Part shown: positions 12,401 through 23,600 of the stretch, piece by piece | Position numbering within the stretch: the stretch's first letter is position 1 | Layout: the number at the start of each line of letters is the position of its first letter | Notes under the pieces: model-generated | The model's database searches: none | What the model saw: only the letters and a program-made list of their open reading frames with translations | What the model was told of the DNA's origin: nothing | From: Macrostomum hystrix | Lineage: Eukaryota; Animalia; Platyhelminthes | NCBI GenBank assembly: GCA_950097015.1 | Contig: CATNEN010000038.1 | Location: forward strand, 5,828,001-5,892,000 | Direction of reading: 5' to 3' | DNA: 64,000 nt | Translations under genes and position numbers: made by a program

Positions 12401-13277
12401 TGGCCTAGAAGTTCTGGAACAGGTAGGATATATTAATTTACAGAACAAAAGCAAATACTGCAAGTTTTAAAAGCATATAAATTACTGCTACCACATTTAC
12501 TAAATTTGTAATGTTAGTGCTGAAGTTTACACCCAAGTCTATTAGTCACAATGAACAGGAAGTTTTTATAAAAATGTTTACAAATCAATAGAATGTTTAC
12601 AATAGGATTATTGTCTTGTTTATAGATTCAAAACATTAATTTTGTTAAAAATTCACAAATATGTATGTTATGAATGACAATAAACATTTACTATGTAATA
12701 TAGTGTAAAAAACAACTATATAAAACTGAAAAGGGCATTGCCTTGTGCAATTATATGTTCAATGGCGCAGTTCAAACATTTTTATTAATTAAAAACCAGT
12801 GTGTTTCTAAGAATCTAAACAATGTACATAGGTCTAGTAGTAGTATACTATAGTTTGTCAATGATAGTTATTTGATACAGGCAGCTAGCTAGTGTTTTGT
12901 TCATAGCACTCTGATAATATTTTATTAGACACATTTAAGCTAGGCCTACCATAAACATACTAGGTCTTTGCCTATATTACATGTATCATAGTTACTTTAA
13001 TTGTTATTTCATTGAAAAAACAACTATTTCATCAAATAAACTAACAAAGTTTCTTTAGTTTTAGGTCTTTATATGAAATGTCTGAAACAAATAAGATAAG
13101 GTTTTTCGTAACTAATTCTAACTAAGTGACCAGTGACTTAACTAGTCCAAGTCATTAAAGCCATTGACATAGAAGTGTAGTTTAGTGTTACAATATTCTG
13201 TACACATTAAAATATATATAACAGATGTGGGTGAATCTACCAAAACTTGATTCCATGCCTGAGTTTTAGTTTTATGA

Positions 13278-13929
13278 TAGGCTGGCAGTAATGTATCCTC
13301 AACCGAACAGTGTATCTTCAAAACCGAACAAGAATTTTGACTCCTTCCTTGGTCTCATGCAAGACAGAAACAAGCTATTGTGTTTCACAGAACAACTAAT
13401 TTGAAAGTTGAAGAAATTATCTACAAGCTGAGGCATGATTTGCAATGAAGCATTAAGAGGAAAGAAAGATATTGATGTTTCAGTAGAAATTTTTATTGCA
13501 AAAGCATACTTTTTAAAAACATTTTTTTCAGTATGTACTTTAGACAAAGATTGTGTGTGGTTGCTTGCCAATTAAATGACCATAAATGTAGTTATTTATA
13601 GAGCATGAAAAATGCTTTCAAATTACATAATTCATGATAGTTCACTCCTTAAAATAAGATTAAACCACTCACTCAAATTGTAAAACCAAACATCAAATTT
13701 TCTGTTTGGTTTGAAGATACATGAAAATCATTGTTCAGTTTTAGATAAAAAGCAGGAATAACTTTTTTTATTTGATAAAATAGCAAAAGCTGATACTTTT
13801 TAGAAAGATGTAACTGTTTTCTATAACTTGGCTTTTGATTTATCATCATATCTTAAATAGAAAATCTGTAGCTTAGGTTTGAAGTTAAAAAAATACACAT
13901 TCTTGTTTGGTTGATGATACATTACCCTA
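13278..13929 (-). mobile_element. MITE family M1 (about 650 bp), copy 1
   Basis: TIR (TA)GGGTAATGTATC(A/C)TCAACC(A/G)AACA; the left TIR carries a 6-bp insertion. Near-identical inverted copy at 16715-17364. No ORF. Confidence 0.88.
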
Positions 13930-16714
13930 AGGCTATGCTAAAGGCGAACAAAGTCAGTCGGCAGTTCAGAATTTTCCAGTTATAGTCCAGAGTATCGTGT
14001 AACTTAGTGCAGCGGTAGCACTCTTAATTTCTTTAATTATTAGACAACCCCTGGGATGTACGACAAGCAATATAGTTAATTAAAGTCAGGTGCAGGAGCT
14101 CAGTGAGAACAAACAGTATGAGTGATGCTGAGAGTAGGCAAAGAAGTATCCAGTGGCAGCCGCAGTAAGGCAGCACAAATAGCAACAGTGAAAAGGTAGC
14201 GGCAGTCACAGCAGTGTAAGTGGTAGTGAACATGACAAGTGAAAGTAACAGTGGCCGGGACAAAGGCAGTGACAGAGTGGAGGGCTGGCCAGGTTGGGTT
14301 GGAAGAGCAGAAGGCAGAGGCAGAGAGGCAATGGAGCGAGGCAGGGCTCACGGGCCCTAGTTAAATAAGCTAGACAGTCTAAAAAACAGGGTGATCGATA
14401 ATTCTAGCCAGACAGAGCTCGCACGCTCATTGGCTGTGGGAAAGAATATTGAGACATTAGCAAAAACAAGTTGGGGACAGCGCAGTGTTTGTTGGCATTT
14501 ACTTACAGTAGAAATAGAAAAAATTTAATTATTAGAACTTTAGAGTGAGAAACTAGCAACATATATAACTACATCATGAAGTGCAGTGGAACATTGAGAG
14601 GAACACCGTAGGTCCGTAGGAGCTGCAGTGCAACTCACAGGGTTACATAAACAGAGAAGAAGCACGCTTCGCAGCAACATCACAAGTTTAGAAAATTTGA
14701 TATTGAAATAGATTGTAATATGACTTAATTAATATATAATTAGGCCATGGCATGTCATACTAACATCATAGTTAAGCCATAGGCCTACCTTATTAATTTA
14801 TAGGCCTAATGCCAAATAAAACAAAAAGTGCAACAATTTAAGCAGAAGATTATATTTTACAGTTTCTTTTACTTTAAAAAGTTTCCTTAAGCCAAGGTTA
14901 CTTAAACCCCTTTAAATTCAGACCATTAAAATCTAGCTGCAGCTCAGTAGCTGCCACTTAAAACCACATAAATTAAAGACTGTAAAGTGTAAACAATTTA
15001 AAACATTTATTCTATTCATAGAAGGCATGGGTATACCGGTTTTATTTTTAACTAGTTTAGACCGAAAAGTTTAAAGAACACCGTATAAAACCAAGGAAAT
15101 CTAAAAAATCAAGGGATAAAGCTCAGAACAGGTAACAAGGTAAATGTGTTTTGTTTTAAATGTTTATTTCGGCCAATTCATAATTTGTTATTCTTAATTT
15201 CCAGGAACTTTCCAGAAGACCAATCTCGCTAATGATATCATCTATGTTTGTACTATGTAATATGTATGGAATTATTAGTATTACAAACATTTAAATTTAT
15301 TGACCATTTCCTGTTCCAGTTCTCAAGAATAGGCCTACTTAAAACAAAATAAGTAAAACAAGAACTCTTATAATAAAAAAGAAATTTTTGTTTAAAATTT
15401 TAACAGTTGTCTAATATACATATTGTTGAATTATATCTTTTTTCGTAGCTACTTTCTTTAAAAATTAGCTATGATCTAGATAAGATAATGTCCCTGGTAT
15501 GGTATGTTCTTTGTCTAGACACAAGTTGACACATAAAGCCTTGCTTTATAACATTTAAATGTATTTTATTAAAAAAACTTTGAACTGCCTCCAACTGCAC
15601 TAGTATAGTGGTAAGACTCAAGAAACATTGTACTGATGAGTGACAATATTGAAATGTTTTAAATTTTACTATAGATAGTAATTAAAAATGGTATCATATG
15701 TTTTCTTAAGAAAAATAAAGCTTAATAAAATATTTATTAAGCTTAGCTCTTGACTAATAGACCGTAGAATAATTGCTTGCACCATCTAGATTCTAGGCTC
15801 TAGCTACATGTCCTTAGATCCTGCTGCATCTTTGTGAAAATCACCTAGTTATAGTAGCTAGAAAAGTTTTGTTAGAGCCAGCTTAAATTGTGCTTTACTA
15901 GGCCTAGGCCTACTTACTGCACTGGTTGTGTACACTGTATACAAGCTGTAAGCCTGTATAGCATCTGGCTCTGTTTAAGTTCAAGTATTTGGTAGTCTAG
16001 AAATCCACCAACCAAGTCCACTATGTAGAATAGTAGATAGGCTGAACAACTGGATATCACAGATTTTAGGTAAATTTTTCTAGCAGTAAATCTAGCCTAA
16101 CTAGGTTTAATTTTATGTATCTTCTCTTTACCTGAACATTTATGTTTACATATGAAATTTATACAATAGTCAAGGAACAATGGTAAATGTTTAAGCACAT
16201 GCAAGAAGTTAAGACAATTAACTATCTAAAAACTTATACCATTACACCCTGTAAAAGCATTTTTAACCATGTGCCCCTTTCCAGTGAATTGGCAATGGTC
16301 ATGTGTGCTTTAAGAGCTTGCAGTAAGGCTATGCTAACTAAAATTATTCTGCCATGGCAACACTGCTCTGCCAGGATCTCAACTAGTGCAGCATTGTGCA
16401 AGCGGATGAAGTTCAGCTATCAGCAGGTACATAAAAGTAGAAAGACTACACTATTTTGCCCTGGGGAAAGACCAAAGTGCTATTCAGCAAATTACTGTAT
16501 AATATATAGTATAGTTAACAATAGTAGCTGACATTATTACATCACATTACATTACATATGTTTTTGTTTTTGCCACCAGACACCCAACGAGAATCATTAA
16601 CTAAATCAACGATGCCGATGTTTTGTGATTCTCAAAGTTGTCTCATCGGATAGAGCGGAAAATTTTACATCATATTTTAGATTTTTATGGCGATTGGTTA
16701 AATATTTTAGAAGA

Positions 16715-17364
16715 TAGGGTAATGTATCATCAACCAAACAAGATGTGTATTTTTTAACTTCAAACCTAAGCTAAAGATTTTCTATTTAAGATATGATGAT
16801 AAATCAAAAGCCAAGTTATAGAAAACAGTTACATCTTTCAAAAAAGTATCTGCTTTTGCTATTTTGTCAAATATAAAAAAGTTGTTCCTGCTTTTTATCT
16901 AAAACCGAACAATGATTTTCATGTAGGCCTATCTTCAAACAAAACAGAGAATTTGATGTTTGGTTTTACAATTTGAGTGAGTGGTTTAATCTTATTTTAA
17001 GGAGTGAACTATCATGAATTATGTAATTTGAAAGCATTTTTCATGCTCTATAAATAACTACATTTATGGTCATTTAATTGGCAAGCAACCACATACAATC
17101 TTCATCTAAAGTATATACTTAAAAAATGTTGTTAAAAAGTATGCTTTTGCAATAAAAATTTCTACTAAAACATCATTATCTTTCTTTCCTCTTAATGCTT
17201 CATTGCACATCATGCCTCAGCTTGTAGATAATTTCTTCAACTTTCAAATTAGTTGTTCTGTGAAATACAATAGCTTGTTTCTGTCTTGCACGAGACCAAG
17301 AAAGAAGTCAAAATTCTTGTTCGGTTTTGAAGATACACTGTTCGGTTGAGGATACATTACCCTA
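16715..17364 (+). mobile_element. MITE family M1, copy 2 (TA-flanked, inverted relative to copy 1)
   Basis: TAGGGTAATGTATCATCAACC ... GGTTGAGGATACATTACCCTA. Inserted into an older repeat (about 16565-16714) whose uninterrupted relative lies at 61391-61629. Confidence 0.9.
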
Positions 17365-17484
17365 TAGTAAAAAGGAAAATGTGGATATTTGAAATACCCC
17401 TCTACTCTTACATCTAGAGTTGAGCTGTACTGTATCCAGTTGAGTCCCGCTGCCAATCACCTCTTCAATTAGGGTCACGCCTGG

Positions 17485-17757
17485 ATGATGGCAGTTCGCA
17501 AGCACAAGAGACGCGCCGAAAATCCCTGGATTCCGCGCGAGATGCCGTCGCGCATTCCAGTGCCCACTGGCGGCGGCGGCGCTGCCGGGCCCGCAGTCAG
17601 CCGGCCGTTCAGCCAGGCAGAGCCGGAGTTAGTTGTGCCGGACCTCAGTGGCTTCAAGCTCAAGCCGTATGTGGACTGGGCGGCAAAGTATGGCGAGGAG
17701 CCGGAACTGACCGCCGAGAGACTGTTCAGCCTCACCTACGCGGCTGACAGAAAGTAA
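17485..17757 (+). CDS. MRPL41: Mitochondrial ribosomal protein L41 (mL41); may lack a 5' exon
   Basis: [18 protein letters not shown]...[11 protein letters not shown] matches the mL41 core (human [18 protein letters not shown]...PLTAAQLF). Acceptor-like TTCAATTAG lies 12 nt before the ATG. Confidence 0.85.
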   Translation: MMAVRKHKRRAENPWIPREMPSRIPVPTGGGGAAGPAVSRPFSQAEPELVVPDLSGFKLKPYVDWAAKYGEEPELTAERLFSLTYAADRK

Positions 17758-17949
17758 CAAACTTCACTGCCCATCAGTTTTTATAGCATTTTGCTTGATT
17801 AAATTGCGAAATATAATGTGTTTCGGTTTCTCAATCTTCAATCACCAGACTCATTCATAATCACAGTGAGCAGTTTATTAAGCTTGCAACAACTCAACAA
17901 CTCAACTATTAACAAATAAGTTTTTTCCTTTTCTTTTCTAGAATGGATC

Positions 17950-18150
17950 AGAGGGGTTGTAGCTAGGGTTAGAGCTGGTTTGCGAGTCGGGGGTTCGATT
18001 CGATTCCATTAAAAAACTCTTTATTAGAAGGATGTCGTTTAGCTAGACAATTATGCATTGCTTGAGTTTACCCAGTAGGGGTACCAATATTAGCCGGGGG
18101 GTAATTGAAGGTGGGTGTGGCGTCCCGTCAGTCCATGGACTAAACAGCCG
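17950..18150 (+). mobile_element. Degraded SINE family B (tRNA head; 3' end ...GGGTGTGG...CAGTCCATGGACT)
   Basis: B-box GGTTCGATTC. Related fragments at about 32005-32070 (+), 33597-33652 (-) and 53470-53545 (+); the last contains the CORE-like GTGTCCTATAGCAAGACACTTAAC. Confidence 0.55.
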
Positions 18151-18220
18151 TACGCAGCTTTCAAAAGCGCCCCACTATAACTGTGGAGTGTGACTGTGCT
18201 GTTGTCATTTGTGCTTAGCG

Positions 18221-18935
18221 ACGTGTCACAGAACTTACCTCAGTCCTGAGTACGTGTCACAGAACCTACCTCAGTCCTGAGTACGTGTCACAGAACCTAC
18301 CTCAGTCCTGAGTACGTGTCACAGAACTTACCTCAGTCCTGAGTACGTGTCACAGAACCTACCTGAGTCCTGAGTACGTGTCACAGAACCTACCTCAGTC
18401 CTGAGTACGTGTCACAGAACCTACCTCAGTCCTGAGTACGTGTCACAGAACCTACCTCAGTCCTGAGTACGTGTCACAGAACCTACCTCAGTCCTGAGTA
18501 CGTGTCACAGAACCTACCTCAGTTCTGAGTACGTGTCACAGAACCTACCTGAGTCCTGAGTACGTGTCACAGAACCTACCTGAGTCCTGAGTACGTGTCA
18601 CAGAACCTACCTCAGTCCTGAGTACGTGTCACAGAACCTACCTCAGTCCTGAGTACGTGTCACAGAACCTACCTCAGTCCTGAGTACGTGTCACAGAACC
18701 TACCTGAGTCCTGAGTCCTATGTCACAGAACCTACCTGAGTCCTGAGTCCTATGTCACAGAACCTACCTGAGTCCTGAGTACGTGTCACAGAACCTACCT
18801 CAGTCCTGAGTACGTGTCACAGAACCTACCTGAGTCCTGAGTACGTGTCACAGAACCTACCTCAGTCCTGAGTACGTGTCACAGAACCTACCTCAGTCCT
18901 GAGTACGTGTCACAGAACCTACCTGAGTCCTGAGT
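18221..18935. repeat. 31-bp minisatellite, about 23 copies
   Basis: Unit ACGTGTCACAGAACCTACCTCAGTCCTGAGT, head-to-tail, with no spacers. Confidence 0.97.
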
Positions 18936-18964
18936 GCTTGTCGCAGAACACCCGCTGACTTCCT

Positions 18965-19130
18965 AGGGTGTTGAGTGCCACAGCGGTTAACGCGTTTGCC
19001 TCTTGAAGGTTTCCAGAGCTCGATTCCCGCGAAGGGAAGGCTTGAGGGCTCGTTGTGCAATTTACACCGTTAAGGGCAAACCTTCAAGGCAAAGTGAAAG
19101 TGCTCACTGCCTGACGACGTGAAAGTACTA
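18965..19130 (+). mobile_element. SINE family A, partial copy
   Basis: AGCGGTTAACGCGTTTGCCTC...GCTCGATTCC...CACTGCCTGACGAC. Confidence 0.75.
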
Positions 19131-20679
19131 TCGCCGCTCGTGTCAAAGGCCATTGCCTCTCAAACTCTGACTTCCAATGAATCCCTCATTAACCGCAGCT
19201 TTCCTGCAACTGTTATAAGAACACCTGCTCCAATTGGGTCAGATGTGCAGCCAACAGCTCAGCGGCAGCTTATACGGCTATTTTGTCCATGGACTGAGAG
19301 GGCACTCTCTATTACAGCAGCTACATGTAGTGCTGGTAGCAGCTGGGTGTTATGCAAAGTTAATTGTCAAGCTGAAATTCTCGCAAATTGTTGTGCGAGC
19401 TTTGAGTTCGTGAGTCCGGCGCTATTATATTACTTTGTGTGTTATCTCTTGTGCCCATCACTGAATGTATCTAGAAAGAAAGACAAAAGGAAACAATTGC
19501 TTTGAAGTTTATAGCGCAACAAGGCTGATGAATATTGAACTTTGGTGTACACACTCGAATGGGCCCTATGTTTGTTGATTATATTATTTGTTAGTAAGTA
19601 GTTTTGATGCAATGAACATAGCAAAAAACTTGACAAAACTGTACGCACGCATATGCAATAAAGAAAGTGCGCTGGTGGCTACTCAAAGTACCAAGTGCGC
19701 GAAGGACAAACGTTTTTAATAGGCTTACATAAGCTTTGTGAGTCGGTGAGACAATTCATCGGTTGCGGCAGGGAAGCAGCAAGCGACAGAGGCGGTCAAA
19801 CAAGATCAACAATAGGGGATTTTTCCACAATGGGAGCAACAGAGGCGAGGCAGGCACTAGATTGATGGAACTGCGACGAGTCAGAGTAGCGAATAAGGAA
19901 AATTCTCGCGAAATAAAATAGGCATAGATTTGTTATTATCATGGCACGCATTCAGCCACCAAATTCAAACAAAACACATTTCAAATGAATATATAACTAC
20001 TTACTAACCGAGTAATAATAGTATTAAACACACTATGCGTGTTTTGTACCAATCAACAAACAGCAGGGAGAGCGCGAGGGCAGCGGCAGAGGGTCGCCGG
20101 ACTCTGACGTCATAACTTCTTGGGCGAGGATGAAATCTTTCAAGCGAAAGCAAATTCTTCTAATGGGAACATATGTACACAGCAAGCAAAGGTCTTTAGT
20201 TATGTTAATAAACTCATTAACCGCAATAAATGTAGTATAATAAAACTATTATGATAGCATTTTGAGGGTTTAGCCAGGTTAATTAACGCAGCAATTGAAG
20301 GGCCCAGTATTAAACTAAAGGAACTGAAGCTGGGAGATGACTGCACTGTGGGATGGGATTCACTGGGAATAGAGAGGAACACACAATGAGATGAGCACTG
20401 TTGCAGGTTCCAACAAAACAATGAAAGAAAAGCCAGCATAGAATTGCTAATTAGTTAGAAATCTTTGATTTGAGAGCCAGGGGGATAAATAAAGACGCTG
20501 CTAAACTGTGGGAATCTGGCTGGTTGGCTCGTGTAGCTGGGAGAGCCGATTACACACAGACCACAGGCGCAAACCATTTACAAAGTCGATCATAATCAAG
20601 TTGCTAATATAGTGCGAGAAAGCCCATTGTGAATGGCGGCGCTCGGCCAGCTCCGAATCCAGCTGCGGGTTCGGGGAAG

Positions 20680-23600
20680 TCAGTAATGCTTGCCACCAGG
20701 CTGAGAGGGTCGCCTATTGTAGGCATTGTTGAAGGCCGAGGTGGTGCTGTTGGAGTCCGCACGGTCGTAGCCTCGCTTCACTCGCGCATCGGAGCGGTGC
20801 TGGTGCTGGTGGCCGTGGTGGTGGTGGTGTTGATGGTGCTGTTGCTTGGCGGCCTTAGCTTCTTTGCGGTGCTTCTTGTAGAGCCGGTGCAGCTCCGAGT
20901 GCGACAGCTCGGTGAAGTAGGACACGAAGGTCCACAGGCGGTTGCGCCAGGCGCGGACCTCCTCGGGCTGGCGGAACTGGCGAATCTCGTGCCCGATGTG
21001 GCTGCCGATCTTCAGCAGGTGCGAGCCAATTAGGCCGCCGCTGCGGTCGGCCTCGCAGTCCTGCAGCCGCTTTAGAGTCTTCTTCAGCGGGCGCATGTGC
21101 TCCTTGCAGGCGTTGAAGACAGCCTCTGGCAGTCGCTGCTCTTCGGCTTCAGTCTTCTGCTGCTGGTGCTGCTGGTGCTGCTGCTTGCCAGACTTCTTAC
21201 CCGATGACTGCAGCTTAGAGCCCTGACTCTTAGACTTCTTGGCCTGCTGGCGCGACTTGTTGATGGACACCGGCTCACGATTGGCCGTGATGTGCAGCGC
21301 TGCCGACGCCTGCTGCCTGCCGCCAGCCCCGGCCGCCGGCGAGTTCGACCGAGAATGAGCCGCTGAAGAGCTGGACGAAGAATCTGAAGAGTCTACGAAC
21401 TCCTTGGAGATCGGCTGCTGCAGCAGCTGCTGCTGATGCGACTGATCCTTGCTGGCTGAGAGCGAGGCAGCTGAAGTCCCTGAAGGCTTCGACCGACGGC
21501 TACTGCTGCCGCCGCCACCTCCTCCGCCGCCACTGCTGACGACGCCGGAGCTGGGGCCGCTGCCGACGTTGCCTCCTTCCTGATGCCGCTGCAGCAACTT
21601 TAGAAGATAGTCGGCTCTGAAAGGACAAAGCAAACAATTGTTTATGGTGCGCAGGGGGTCGGTGGCAGAGCGGTTAACGCGTTTGCCTGTCGCGCGGTTC
21701 CTAAGTTCGATTCGATTCCACGGCGAGGCCACATTTATTTGGGGCGCGGCCGCGGAGAGAGGGCTTGGGGGTTTGTCGTGCAATTTACGCCCTTGAGGGC
21801 CAACCTCCAAGGCACAGTGAAATGTACACTGCCTGACGATGAGAAATTCAGGGCAGACGTACACACCCTTGTGAGAGTGTACCTGCGTACAGTATCTGTG
21901 TGCGTGTGCTCAGGAGTCAGCGAAATGGGCAGAAGTGCCTCCTCGCTAAATGCTGCGGGTCTAGTGTCACCAAAAGACGTGCCATTGCCCGCAGCCCTCC
22001 TGCAAATATTATTATTAATTTTATTATCATGGGGCCAAGTCCACCATGGTCTCTGCCTTCGTCAGTGGAATCGGCCCATGAAAATTCCTCTGAGAGAGCT
22101 GACCTGGTGCGCAGGTGGGCAGCCTGCGGCTTCAGACTGTGATCCCGGAGGATCTTGGCCCGCAGGCCCAGGTCTGGATCGTCGCGAATCGCGTCCCAGC
22201 TGTCCATGCCGAACTCGTAGATGCCGATGAGTAGATTGGAGTCGTCAATCTCGTCCCAGACGCAGTCCCAGGCGACAGTCTTGGTGTGGAACGGCAGCCG
22301 GTATTTCCTGCGCGCCTCCCTATTGGCGGGCAGCTCCCGGTGCAGCGGGGCCAGGTCTCTCTGCGACTGCAGCAGCGGCCTGGCCTGGATCACAACCCGG
22401 CCCAGGGTGAAGGACGGCGCGCTGGCTCGCGGAGCGGCCGCCGAAGATTCGTCGCCACCGGCTGCGGCAGCTGCCGATGCAGCAGCTGCCGATGCGGCAG
22501 CCGCGGCGGCGTTGGCCTTGGCAACGGCGCGCTCGCAGCCCTGTAGAATGGTTTCAACTAGGCGGCGGACCTCGGACTCTGACTTCTCCTGCAGTTCGGC
22601 CTCCTCAACAATGCTGTCTAGCCGGTCCAGCGGGCTGGCGAATTTGCGCATGGCCTTGGCCAGGGCGCGGATCTCCCGGTCTGAAAGCTCCTCTTCGTCT
22701 TCAACGCCAACGTTTAGCGGCTTCACCTGTAGAAGGGAGGCGGCGGGGTCGGGTTTGTTTGCCAGGCTGCAAGTGCAAACTTCACGTGGGAGAGGGGCAG
22801 AGGAGGGTCAAGTCGCACCTGCTTGCGCTGCCTCGGTCCCAGCTCGAGCTGCAGCAGTCGCTCCTCGGCCTCCTCCTGTTCAAGCCGGCGCCGGCTCTCC
22901 TCCGGGATGATCTCCTCCCAGGTCTTGCTCCCAGCGTCTGCCGCAGCTGCTGAGCCACCGGCTTCGCCTGAAGTGGCCACAGTGGCCTGGCCTTTGCGAC
23001 GCCCGGATGGGCCGCCGGACATGATGATCTCAGTGTCCTCCAGATTCTCCAGGTTCACCACCTGAGCCAGGTCAGTGGAGTCGCGATTTAGATCTGTTCT
23101 GATCCCTTTTAAACAGCAATCCCTACTCCCAGATCGTCATAAACGAGACCAACCTTAAACTGCGACAGGAGCTCCTCGGCCGCGGCGGATGTCGGCTGCA
23201 GCTCCTCTCGCGTCTCGGCGCTGCGCAGGATGGCGTCCAGGTCGACCTCAGCCTCGGACTCTTCGCCCTCCTTTTCGCGGAAAAGATCGGCGGCGCCGAA
23301 CTTGAGTATAGCTGACAGCTCCTCTTTTGAGAAGGACGGGTTGCCGGCGTCGCCCGGCTGTCTGAGACGACCCGTGGTGTCCATGCGCTGAATGACCAGA
23401 TGGTCCAGCACCATCTTCTGCTTTGCCCGCTCGATGATGTCCTCCTCGACGGTGGCACGCAGCACCAGGCGGTAAACTCGCACCTGGCGAGTCTGGCCAA
23501 TGCGGTGGCACCTGCGAATCGCGGAGTGGGACACAGCTGCCTTAATGGGATCTGGGACTGCGAGAGCTGCCATCATTGGATATGTAACTGTGACAGCTGT

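Noticed and set aside
21654-21730. tRNA gene
   Set aside because: A and B boxes are present but no complete cloverleaf; it is the head of a SINE.
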